In this document: positions 38,987-48,437 of the stretch, piece after piece
Numbering within the stretch: position 1 is the stretch's first letter
How the letters are laid out: each line of letters opens with the position of its first letter
DNA from: Vulcanimicrobiota bacterium
GTDB taxonomy: Bacteria; Vulcanimicrobiota; Vulcanimicrobiia; Vulcanimicrobiales; Vulcanimicrobiaceae
Reading direction: 5' to 3'
DNA length: 64,000 nt
NCBI GenBank assembly: GCA_963786105.1
Contig: CAWAXX010000017.1
Span: 32,001 to 96,000 of the forward strand
Notes under the pieces: generated by a model
The model's database searches: none
Told to the model about the DNA's origin: nothing
What the model saw: only the letters and a program-made list of their open reading frames with translations
Made by a program: the position numbers and the translations under genes

Positions 38987-40123
38987 TTAAGTAGGCGCTC
39001 GGTAGAGCGTCTCGTGTTCGGCGAGGATGCGGCTTTGGGTAGCAAGGTCGGCCTCGAGCGACGAGTTGCCGAATTGGAACGTCCCGCCGATCACGACGCC
39101 GTCATCGCGTGGGAACATGTACAAGCCCTCGGCCACGTAGGCGTAATCGACCTCGGGCTGCGGCTCGAGAATCGAGAGTTGCCCGCGAACCGGTTCCAAT
39201 TCCGCGTCGCCGAATAGCGCGCGAGAACCCAGGCCGGTGCAGTTGAAGACGACCGCCTCGTCGAGCGATGCGATGCCTGCGGCATCGGCGAACGTGCGAA
39301 TGACGATTCGACCTTCCCGCAAGAAGAAGTCCCGTTCGACGGCCGGGAGAAACGTATTGGGCGCGATCTGCATGGTCGCAAACCGGCGAACGATCGGTGT
39401 TGCAAAAGGCGTCGAGGACGGCACGATGTTTTCGACGTCGGCATACAGATCTTCGATGCCGACCGATTGCGCGTAGTCGAGTTCGTCCCGGTCGCTGGCG
39501 ACGTGCTTCAGCGCGTAGGTGTCGATCCAGCGAACGCCATACGTCGGGCCGGCCATCAGCTGAAACGCGCGATTTGCGGTTTTCGAGACGCGGCGGAAGG
39601 TTTCGAGAAAATCCGGAGAGACCGCGTCGCGCACGAAAACCGTCGATGGCGTCCATTGGGCTCCGGCAACGTTCGACGTCGTATCCGGCGGCGTACTCGA
39701 CGCGTAGATGGTCACCGTCCACCCGCGGTCTTGCAGGGTGCGCGCGGTCGTGAGTCCGATCACGCCGCATCCGATAACCGCCGCACGTTGTGGCGAGCGG
39801 CCGGAGACGAGATCGGCCGCCATCTCCGCGCACCCCCACGATAGGCTGAAACCTCCGCCGCCGTGGCCGTAATTATGGACCAGCAGTTTGTCGCCCGAGC
39901 GCTCGGCGCGTAGCACGAACCCCGTTCGCCGGTATGGCCGCAAGCCGACCACGATGCGTATCACGCGATCGGCATCTAACTTGACCGGAACGAGCGGTTT
40001 AGTCGGGCGGCGCAGCGACGGCGATTGCTGGGCACGCGTTCGTGCCGGCAAGGCCGCGGCGGCACTCAATCCGGCGGCAATGAAGCTCTTTCGGGTGATG
40101 CCGGCCGTGGCGTACCGTCGCAC
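38987..40123 (-). CDS. FAD-dependent D-amino-acid oxidase-like protein, circularly permuted, Tat-like leader
   Basis: TRKSFI leader; VGLRP and HNYGHGGGG precede VIGCGVIG; NCTGLG, PVRGQ, IGGT. Confidence 0.82.
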   Translation of the reverse strand: MRRYATAGITRKSFIAAGLSAAAALPARTRAQQSPSLRRPTKPLVPVKLDADRVIRIVVGLRPYRRTGFVLRAERSGDKLLVHNYGHGGGGFSLSWGCAEMAADLVSGRSPQRAAVIGCGVIGLTTARTLQDRGWTVTIYASSTPPDTTSNVAGAQWTPSTVFVRDAVSPDFLETFRRVSKTANRAFQLMAGPTYGVRWIDTYALKHVASDRDELDYAQSVGIEDLYADVENIVPSSTPFATPIVRRFATMQIAPNTFLPAVERDFFLREGRIVIRTFADAAGIASLDEAVVFNCTGLGSRALFGDAELEPVRGQLSILEPQPEVDYAYVAEGLYMFPRDDGVVIGGTFQFGNSSLEADLATQSRILAEHETLYRAPT

Positions 40124-40124
40124 G

Positions 40125-40580
40125 TTAGAAGGTCGACTCCGCGAACGCGCGCACGAGCGTTTCGATCCCGAACCGGTCGTCTTCGGTGAAGCGCCCGACG
40201 CGCGGGCTATCGACGTCGAACACACCGATGACGTTGCCGCCGGCGGACAGCGGCACGACGATCTCCGAGCGCGAGGCCGAATCGCAGACGATGTGATCGG
40301 CAAACGCGCTCACGTCGTCGACGACGATGGTCTGGCCGCGCGTAATCGCGGCCCCGCAAACGCCACGGCCCGGCGGCAGGCGCGTGCAAGCCGGCCGGCC
40401 GCCGAACGGTCCGAGCACCAGCTCGCCCGTCTCCTCCAAGTAATAGAGGCCGGCCCAGGTCACGTCGGGGAGTTCGTGATACACGAACGCGGCGAAGTTG
40501 GCGGCGTTGGCAACGGCGTTGCTTTCACCAGCGAGCAGTGCGCGAACTTGCCGCTCCAGCAGGTCGTACGAAACGGACAC
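40125..40580 (-). CDS. msrC: GAF domain protein, free Met-(R)-sulfoxide reductase-like
   Basis: WAGLY, LGPFGGRPAC, GRGVCG, HIVCDSASRSEIVVP, DVDS. Confidence 0.8.
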   Translation of the reverse strand: MSVSYDLLERQVRALLAGESNAVANAANFAAFVYHELPDVTWAGLYYLEETGELVLGPFGGRPACTRLPPGRGVCGAAITRGQTIVVDDVSAFADHIVCDSASRSEIVVPLSAGGNVIGVFDVDSPRVGRFTEDDRFGIETLVRAFAESTF

Positions 40581-40582
40581 GG

Positions 40583-40633
40583 GCCGTCCTTTCGACGTCG
40601 GCGCTAGGCGCCTCCGCTCCGCTCAGGATGACA
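40583..40633 (-). repeat. REP-like palindromic element, copy 1
   Basis: TGTCATCCTGAGCGGAGC...GTCGAAAGGACGGC; matches 59715-59759. Confidence 0.7.
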
Positions 40634-41649
40634 GGGGTATGGAGTGGATCGAGCCGACCCGGCGTCCCGCGCGATTGCGAACCGGCGCTCGCGCGAACGG
40701 CTCCAGGCTTGCCAACGCGGCGGCGTCGAGCAGGCTCAGGTGCCGCGCTACCGCCAGAGCCGCCGGCGCGCATGCTCGCGCCGCTCCGTCGACGACTTTG
40801 AGTGCCAGACCGGTTCCGGAGGCGATGTCGGCGAGGCCGTGCACGCCCTCGGCACCAGATTTCGCGGCGATGTCGCCGGCGCCCGCGCGCATCAGCGCCG
40901 TATCGAATTCGCCCGTTCCGGCGACGTACTGGGGATAAGCGATCATCGCATCGCGGACGGTCCGCAGCGCGGCGGCGTCCCGCTCGTCGAAGCCGTCGAG
41001 GGTCGCGAAACGGGCGAACGCGTGTGCCGCGTTGCGCAGGGGGATCGCGAAGACGGGAATTCCGCACCCGTCAACCCCAAGCGGAAGCTCCTCGACTGAT
41101 TGCCCGCACGCGCGCGCACACAACTCGAGAATGCGCTGTTGTGCCGGGTTGTCCGGTTCGCGGTAGGTGGCGACGTCGGCGCCGGCGAGCATGCACAGCG
41201 CGAGAATACCGGCGTGCTTCCCCGAGCAGTTGTTATGAATGGGCGAGAAATCGACGCCCTCGCGTATAAGGGCGTCGGCCGATGCCGGATCGTAGGGTGC
41301 GTGGGCGCCGCAAGCCAATGCCGTTTCCGGCAGCCCGATCTTGCGCAGCATCGAACGAACCGCCGCGATATGAAAGGGTTCCCCGTTGTGCGACGCCGCC
41401 ATGAGCGCGATTTCATGCTGTTCGAAACCGAAGCGCTCGACGACGCCTTCGCGCACCGACGCCGCAGCGATGAATGGTTTGGCGGTCGAACGCAAGTAAA
41501 TCGGGCACGTCGATCGCGCCCATTGCAAAAGCGACGCGGCCACGACCATCGACGGCGCACGCGGAAACCCGGTGCACGGACTCGGTGATCTCACCGCGGG
41601 TTACTTCCACCAGCGGCTCGCCGTCTAGCGCCGGCAACGGTTGCGACAC
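40623..41649 (-). CDS. L-asparaginase II (Rhizobium-type); one frameshift near 41505
   Basis: VEVTRGEITESVH in one frame, then YLRSTAKPF, ASHNGE, HNNCSGKHAG, DGCG, AKSGAEG in another. Confidence 0.85.
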
Positions 41650-41664
41650 CCGACGATGCTCGTT

Positions 41665-42721
41665 TCATCGCTGGTACGGGTCCCTGCTATAGAAGGGTGT
41701 GCGCGAGCCGTCGACCGTAATCGCGTACCACGCGTCGGACGCGGTCTTGTGCAGAAGATCGAATCGCTCGCCGTTGCGCGCGACGTGCGATACCTCGACG
41801 GTGTAGCGAATCGGCCCGTCCCGGTTCAAGCGGATCGGGCGGCGTGCCGCGAACGAGATATGCGCCCTGCCTCCCGGACGCGTTGAAAACGGTCGCAGCC
41901 GTCCGGATCCGACGCCGACGGCGCTGGCCTGATCGATGCCGAGACCGTAGACCGTTTTCGACGCCGGCAAGCAGGCGTCGGAATAATGCGGGCGAGGAAG
42001 ACGACCGTGCGCCCGAACCGGTTGCGCACGACGAAGTGCGTGTCGGTGATCGTGTCGGATAGCGCCGGCCACGAAAATAGGCCGGTCGTGAAACTGATGC
42101 TCTTTTCGAACGGAAACGCAACCGCATCGGCCGTGTCGGTTTCGACGTCAAAACGATCGGCGGCAACCGAGTCGAAGATGACCGCGCCCTGAATGGCCAG
42201 GCCGGCACTGCCTCCTCCGACGACGCCGCCGCGAACGTACACGCGTCGACGGCGTCCATGAGCTTGCTGCTTTTCCAGACCACGTAATGCGACTGATCGC
42301 CGCCCGCGAAGTAGACGGCATCGGCGTGATCGACGACGTCGGCGAACCGGTCGACCTGCGCGCGCGACGCACACGGCGGGATGCGGACGTCTGCACCGAC
42401 GCGAAGTTGCCGTACTGGTACGAACGGTTTGTCGTAGAGGTTCGAGCCGGAAGCCCGCAGCACGACGACGTTGCCGCCGCGTTGCGTCACTTTGGCCGGT
42501 GAGACGACGGTGTAGCCCATGCGAACGCCGCCGGCGGAACTTCGAGCGCGCCGCCACCCTCGAGCAGCAGGCCGGGACCGTGCAACCGATCGCTGCGAAC
42601 GTAACGCCCGTACGCGGGGAAGGCGATGCGTCGCAAGGTCGGCTTTCGCCGATCGGGCCGGCCAACTCGGCCCGACGGCAGCCGCGATGACGCCGGCGAT
42701 GAAGAAGCATCGAACGCTCAT
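41665..42721 (-). CDS. secreted cyanophycinase-like peptidase (S51); several frameshifts
   Basis: signal peptide; GLLLEGGG, NVVVLRASG, YFAGGDQ, GGGSAG, TDTHFVVRNRFGR, GLGIDQ spread over three frames. Confidence 0.75.
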
Positions 42722-44655
42722 GGCTTCAGATACCGGTCGAACCATCCGAGCCAGCGCCGGTACACGTCCGCGAGTCGAACCGGACCGCGCGGCAAGATGT
42801 CCGCGCGCTCGGATACGCAAAGAACGCAACCGGAACGCCGTTGTCGCGCAGGGCGTGATACATCTCGTACTGTTCGACGATCGGAACGCGGATGTCGTAC
42901 ACGTTGCCGAACATCAACAGCGGCGTACGGATGTCCTTGAAATACGTGATCGGCGACTGTCGTTGCCATACCGTCAGCTCGTTTCCGACGAACGGCGAAT
43001 CGAGTAAACGAAACGCGATCGGCGTCGATGTCGTCGGCGATGGTGTAGTCGACTACCAGGTCGTTGACCGCGGCACCGGTGACGGCGCACTTCCAGATCT
43101 GGTAGTGTCCGATCATCCACGACGTGAGTTGGCCGCCGTACGACCAGCCCGATACCCCGATTCGTGACTCGTCGACGATGCCGAGTTTCTCGACCGCCTC
43201 GATCCCCGCCATGACGTCTCTTCCGGGGCCTTCGCTGGCGTCGTTAAAGATCGCATGCTCGAATGCGTTGCCGAGATTGCTGCTGCCACGGTAGTTGGGC
43301 GCGAAGACGAGGTAGCCGTGCGCCGCCGCCAGTTGATAGAACGGCTCGAACATGGCTTCCGACGTTTCGGTCGGGCCGCCGTGAATGCGCAGCACCATCG
43401 GATAGCGCTTGCCGGCGACGTAGCCTGGAGGGTATGTCAGCACGCCGGCTTCGTGAAAGCCGTCCGGCGAGTCCCAGCGCAGGGTCGCCACGCGCCCGAG
43501 CTGCAGGCCCGCGATCGCGGCGTTGAAGTTGGTGAGCCGCTCGGGCCCGCTTGCGCCCGGCGCCAGCTCGTAAAGTTCGCCGGCGCGCGCGCCTTCGGTT
43601 CCGACGAATGCAATCGTTCCGTTGCGCGATACGCTTTGAACCGGTTCGATTTCCGCGTCGATGACGTCGCCGAGCGGCAGGCGCCGCGCCGCGCCGTGCC
43701 GGGGCTGCAGGTAGAGCGGACCGCCGGTCACATCGTAGACTTTGACGAGCGCGGCTTGGGCGCCGGGCATCCATGCTGCCGTCGAGACGTGACGATCCAG
43801 GTCGCGCGTGAGATCGCTTTCCGTTGTGCCGCCGTCCGTCGCGTTCATGACGGTCGTTGCGTCGGCCGGGTCGCCGTCGCGCGGGTACAAATAGAGCACG
43901 TGCGTTCCGTCGGGTGACCACACGGCCTGGTCTTCGTATGCCGAATGCGCGGTCAACGGTCGCGAGGCAGCCGACGAAGCGTCTATGACGTACGCCGTTG
44001 CGCGATCGTTTACGCCGTGGATCGCGCTTGGGAGGCGTAAGTACGCGAGTCGGCCGCCGTCCGGCGACCACGAAAGAGTCGCGTCGGCGACGCTCCACGT
44101 CCCGGAGGTCAAGCGGCGTTCGTCGTGGCGGAGCAGGTTCGCCAGCCACAGATGCGAAGGCGGCACGGCCGCGGTAGCAAGATAGGCGTTGTCCGTTACC
44201 TCAAACGCGTCTTCGTAGGACGCCTCACCCTGCTTCGGCGGCGTCGAATCAGGACGCGTAAAGGCGATGGCGCCGTCGCCGGGACGCCACGCATAGTCTT
44301 CAACGCCGGTTTGCCCCGACGTCACGCGACGCGGCTTCGTGCGCCCGCCATCGAGAACGAAGATCTGGCTTGCGTGCGTGGCGGAGTCATTCGCGAGAAA
44401 CGCGAGCGCCGTTCCCGTCTGTGACCACTGCGGAGCCGAATAGGCTCCGAGCGCCTCGTCGAGAAGCTGAAGGCGGCGTGAGCGAAGGTCGTAGAGCCAT
44501 AGCTGTCCACGATAAGTATTGGTTTCGAGAACGGCGTGCGACGCAACGAATGCGATATGGCTACCGTCGGGTGAGATGGCGGCATCCGAGAGAGTGACGA
44601 CGTGCGCCAGCGCGTCGAGCGAAAATGCCGCTGCGACGGCGAAAATGGGCAGCAC
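42718..44655 (-). CDS. S9 family (prolyl oligopeptidase/acylaminoacyl) peptidase; frameshifts near 43005 and 42800
   Basis: beta-propeller SPDG/WSP repeats, IHGGP, NYRGS, GWSYGG; DIRVP and GH in shifted frames. Confidence 0.88.
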   Translation of the reverse strand: MLPIFAVAAAFSLDALAHVVTLSDAAISPDGSHIAFVASHAVLETNTYRGQLWLYDLRSRRLQLLDEALGAYSAPQWSQTGTALAFLANDSATHASQIFVLDGGRTKPRRVTSGQTGVEDYAWRPGDGAIAFTRPDSTPPKQGEASYEDAFEVTDNAYLATAAVPPSHLWLANLLRHDERRLTSGTWSVADATLSWSPDGGRLAYLRLPSAIHGVNDRATAYVIDASSAASRPLTAHSAYEDQAVWSPDGTHVLYLYPRDGDPADATTVMNATDGGTTESDLTRDLDRHVSTAAWMPGAQAALVKVYDVTGGPLYLQPRHGAARRLPLGDVIDAEIEPVQSVSRNGTIAFVGTEGARAGELYELAPGASGPERLTNFNAAIAGLQLGRVATLRWDSPDGFHEAGVLTYPPGYVAGKRYPMVLRIHGGPTETSEAMFEPFYQLAAAHGYLVFAPNYRGSSNLGNAFEHAIFNDASEGPGRDVMAGIEAVEKLGIVDESRIGVSGWSYGGQLTSWMIGHYQIWKCAVTGAAVNDLVVDYTIADDIDADRVSFTRFAVRRKRADGMATTVADHVFQGHPYAAVDVRQRVRHPRSDRRTVRDVSRPARQRRSGCVLCVSERADILPRGPVRLADVYRRWLGWFDRYLKP

Positions 44656-44660
44656 GGCCG

Positions 44661-47600
44661 TTAGAGTTTTACCTGAAGCTGCAGATAGAAATTGATTGGA
44701 AGCGGATAATTGAACGAGTTGACGTCGCCGTACGACGGAATGAAGGCGTTCTGGAAAAAGGGGTTCAGCGGCACCCCGTTGGCGGCGACGTCGTTGGGGC
44801 TGGTACCGTTGTAGAAGTTGCTGATGTAGAACAGATTCGGGGAATATCCGCAGACCGTCCCGCTGGGCGGGAACTGCTGGCTCCACTGCGTCACCGACCC
44901 GCCAAAGCACGCGTTTACGAGATTCGCAACGGTCAAGTTTGCGCTGACGCGCGGGCTAACGTCGTAGTGCATCTGAAGGCCCATATTGAACTGCCAGGGC
45001 TGAGTGAACTGCCCGAACGTATCGAACTTTCCGGTCGCGGGGTTGGGGATGTAGAGCGAGCCGGCCGGCGTCGCGGCGAGCGAGCACGACGTGTAATCGG
45101 CGGTATGCGGATTGGGGTTCGCGATGCCGACGCTTCCCTGATTGGCCGTGCACACGCGCGGATCGAGCCCTTGGAAGTCGGCCGACGTACCGTATGCCGC
45201 CCCCTGGTTGAGCGTGAGCGCGGGCGTAATCGAGAAGCGGTCGTGCTTGTAGTTCAGGATCAGCGAGAATACGTTAGGCGACGTGTACGGAAAATCGAGA
45301 CCGGTTACGTACCAGGCGTTCGGGTCGAGCAGCGGCTGTAACGGCTGGTTGTAATACGGATTGAAAATCGTGTCGGGTCCGCAACGCGCCGCGGGCTTGG
45401 CTTGGCCTGCGCTGCCGTAGCACCGCGCGCCGCCGCCGGCTTTCGTCAACGCATTGTATTGTTGAATGTACTGGTTGTACGGGCTCACGGCGTTCACGCT
45501 CACACCTTGAAAGTTGTTCCATTTCTCCTTCGAATTCAAATAGGTGTACGAGAAGATACCCGACAGGCCGTTGCGGTTGAAGTCGCCTTTGGTCACTTGC
45601 AGCTCGACTCCGTAGCTGTATTGCGTCCCGGCGTTGAGCGCCGGCGAAGCTAGCAGGGTCGGGATGAAGACGGCCTCGTCGAGTTGTTGGGTGGCGTAGC
45701 GATAATATGGCGTAACTTTTATCGAGGTGTCGGTACCTTTGAAGCGATGCTCGTACGAAACGTCGTAGTTGTCGGAGAACTGCGCCTGTGCGTTGTGAAA
45801 CGGCGTAGTAAAGCCGAAGGGCAGAAATCCAACGAGCTGCTCGGCGAGGTTCTCTTCTTCGGTGTTGTACTGGATTTCGTAGTTTTGCGGTTCCTGCGCG
45901 TACCGTCCAGCCGACGCGCGCAATACCGTATCGGGGTCGAGCGTATACGTCAGACCGAGCCGTGGCTGCCAATACGTTTGGGTGTAAACCGGCGGGTAAA
46001 CGTTCGAAAGCAGGAGGTGTCCGTTCTTGCCGTCCGGATGCACCGTTTGCACCGGTTTCCCGGTCGATTTATCGATCGGGCAGTTGAAACCGACGAACGG
46101 CTCAATGACCGATGCGTTCTGCGGCTTTTGTGGAATGATGACGGGCTCGAACGTAACGGGGTTGTAGCAAAATTCGGCCTGCGCCGCGGCGAACCAGAAA
46201 TTCTTACCCGGGGTGTTGGTGTCTTGCAGATCGAACTGGTCGTCGGCATACTTGACCGCGACGCTGACGTCGAGTTTGTCGTTGGGGCGCCATTCGTCGC
46301 CGAGCGCAACGTCGGTGAAGATCGGGGTAACGCCGTTGACGAGGGCCTGGTTTCCGGTGTAAGTGAGGCGCCAGGTAGCGCCGGCCTGGCACGCCGGCGT
46401 GTTGGACGCAATCTTTCCGGCGGCGCACGGGTCGAGCGGCTGATTGTAGTAGCCGGTGGGATCGGTGAAAAATCCCTGGCTCGTATTGGAGTTGCACGGA
46501 GCCCGCTGGCCCTTGTCCGCGCCGGCGAAAGCGTAGCAATACTTGCCGTTGGTCAAGTTGCTGACTTGCTGGCCCGACGTGTTCAGATAGTTGAAGTTGT
46601 TGACGCGTAGGGTCGTCGACGTGATGTAGTTGACGTTTGCCGTCAGCAGGTTCGCACTGTCGATCTGATCGCCGAAGTCGAGTTGCAGGCCGCGCGTATG
46701 CCCGTCTACTTCGTAGTCGTAGTTCTGCACGCCGTAGCCGCTTCCGATGCCGCGCCGGCTGGCGCCGCTGCGATTTGTATTAGAGTAGAACGTGTAGCCG
46801 AAAAGTCTGAGGTACGCGTTGCTGCCGAAGTTTTTCTGGTATTGAAGCTTGACGATGCTCGCCGTGTCCCAGCGAGCGTCGCGATAGTCGTTGGGAAGCA
46901 ACGCATACGTACCGTCGGGGCAGGCTCCCGGGACGCCGCTAACGTTGGCGCACCGGTCGGTGGGCGATCCGGGGAACCGATACGCGATGGGTTGAGCGTT
47001 CGCAGGCGCTAGGAACTGCGTGTTGCCCGGATAGGTGTAATAGTCCGGCCAGTGCGGCGGCCGGCTGATCCAGTCGTTATTGACGAGTCCGTTCGCTAGC
47101 TGGAGCCCGCCGTCGTTCACGCCGCTGTAGTACTGGCGGAATTGGGCCGACGACGTGTAGAGCAGTTGAACGTCGTCACGTCCCGCGTCTCGCCGGTGCG
47201 GAATGCCAATATGGAAATTCCCTACGACCTCGCGTCCCGCGATGTACGAGACTTCACTATAGGCCGGATTAAAGGCCGAAAAGCATCCCGGATCGCTGCT
47301 CAAAAACGTCGTTGCGGGATTAGAGTAGGTGGCGTTCGCCGTGCACGTCGGATACACGGCAGGGTAAAACGACAGGAGCGTCGTGAGATTGCTCGGACCG
47401 GCGCCGTAGGGGAACGTGCTCATCAGATCGCCGCCATTGGCCTGATCGAGATAGCGAAAGTCCTGATTGTAGCCGCTGGTTCCGATGTAATACGAAAACA
47501 GCCGGTCGGGCGTCGAGCCGCCGGCTTCGACCGAAAGGTCGTGATAGAACGTCGGCGTGCCTATTTGTCCCGATATCGTAGCGTAGCCCGGATACGTGCC

Positions 47601-48353
47601 GGTCTTGACGACTTGGTTGATGAAACCGGCAAGTCCGGTGGCGTTGGCGCTGGCGCCGCCGCCGCCGGCATAGATCTGCAACTCCTGTTGCCCGAGCGTC
47701 GACGCCGAGTGCGCCGGATAGTTGTCGAACGACCGGTTCACCGGAACGCCGTCGTATTCGTAACCGATCTGATCGTAATATCCGCCGCGGATGTACACGG
47801 TTTGATTGACGCCCATCTGCCCGTTGGGCACGAACGCACCCGGCATCGCGGCAATCGCCGAGTAGACGTTGTTTAATCCGCCGCCGCCGCCGATCGGCGC
47901 GGCGGCCTTGGTCACCGCCGGATTGACCGAATAGACGTCGGTGATGGTTCCGGGGCGTACCTGGTTGAGGGAGGAGCGCGCCTGGACTTGCGCGATCGTC
48001 TTGAGGTTTTTCTGCAGCCGGAACGTCATCGTCTGAGCCTGATCCGCAAAGATGCTGATGCCGCTCGACGCGAGCGGCTCGTAGCCGGTTCGCTCGAACG
48101 AGAGCGTGTACGTGTCGGGTGCGAGCGAGAGAAAGACGAAGTTTCCGCGGGCGTCGGTGTGGGTTACCGCGACTTGCGACGGACTGCTCGCAGTGACCGT
48201 TGCGTTCGCAATCGGCGTTGCGGTGGCGCCCTCGAAAACGGTTCCGGCTAAACTGCCGGTCGTACCGGCCCAGGTTGGGTGCGCAACGAACGCGAGCGAA
48301 ATTACGATCCCAAACGCGATCGAACGGCTTAGCAACGAGCGAACTCCGGCCAT
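44661..48353 (-). CDS. TonB-dependent receptor with N-terminal carboxypeptidase-regulatory-like domain
   Basis: AGTTGSLAGTV, TDARGNF, YIRGG...YEYDGVP plug, QPRLGLTY, C-terminal YLQLQVKL; 1230 aa. Confidence 0.88.
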   Translation of the reverse strand: MAGVRSLLSRSIAFGIVISLAFVAHPTWAGTTGSLAGTVFEGATATPIANATVTASSPSQVAVTHTDARGNFVFLSLAPDTYTLSFERTGYEPLASSGISIFADQAQTMTFRLQKNLKTIAQVQARSSLNQVRPGTITDVYSVNPAVTKAAAPIGGGGGLNNVYSAIAAMPGAFVPNGQMGVNQTVYIRGGYYDQIGYEYDGVPVNRSFDNYPAHSASTLGQQELQIYAGGGGASANATGLAGFINQVVKTGTYPGYATISGQIGTPTFYHDLSVEAGGSTPDRLFSYYIGTSGYNQDFRYLDQANGGDLMSTFPYGAGPSNLTTLLSFYPAVYPTCTANATYSNPATTFLSSDPGCFSAFNPAYSEVSYIAGREVVGNFHIGIPHRRDAGRDDVQLLYTSSAQFRQYYSGVNDGGLQLANGLVNNDWISRPPHWPDYYTYPGNTQFLAPANAQPIAYRFPGSPTDRCANVSGVPGACPDGTYALLPNDYRDARWDTASIVKLQYQKNFGSNAYLRLFGYTFYSNTNRSGASRRGIGSGYGVQNYDYEVDGHTRGLQLDFGDQIDSANLLTANVNYITSTTLRVNNFNYLNTSGQQVSNLTNGKYCYAFAGADKGQRAPCNSNTSQGFFTDPTGYYNQPLDPCAAGKIASNTPACQAGATWRLTYTGNQALVNGVTPIFTDVALGDEWRPNDKLDVSVAVKYADDQFDLQDTNTPGKNFWFAAAQAEFCYNPVTFEPVIIPQKPQNASVIEPFVGFNCPIDKSTGKPVQTVHPDGKNGHLLLSNVYPPVYTQTYWQPRLGLTYTLDPDTVLRASAGRYAQEPQNYEIQYNTEEENLAEQLVGFLPFGFTTPFHNAQAQFSDNYDVSYEHRFKGTDTSIKVTPYYRYATQQLDEAVFIPTLLASPALNAGTQYSYGVELQVTKGDFNRNGLSGIFSYTYLNSKEKWNNFQGVSVNAVSPYNQYIQQYNALTKAGGGARCYGSAGQAKPAARCGPDTIFNPYYNQPLQPLLDPNAWYVTGLDFPYTSPNVFSLILNYKHDRFSITPALTLNQGAAYGTSADFQGLDPRVCTANQGSVGIANPNPHTADYTSCSLAATPAGSLYIPNPATGKFDTFGQFTQPWQFNMGLQMHYDVSPRVSANLTVANLVNACFGGSVTQWSQQFPPSGTVCGYSPNLFYISNFYNGTSPNDVAANGVPLNPFFQNAFIPSYGDVNSFNYPLPINFYLQLQVKL

Positions 48354-48437
48354 CGTCAGCTCCTTCCGGTCTTGACGACGATTATACGGAGGCTCGGCAG
48401 CGGGCGGTATCCTGGATTCCCGCCATGCTGGGGATCC

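Noticed and set aside
41490..43020. Programmed ribosomal frameshifting
   Set aside because: Too many shifts in unrelated enzymes and no consistent slippery motif; sequence error is more parsimonious.
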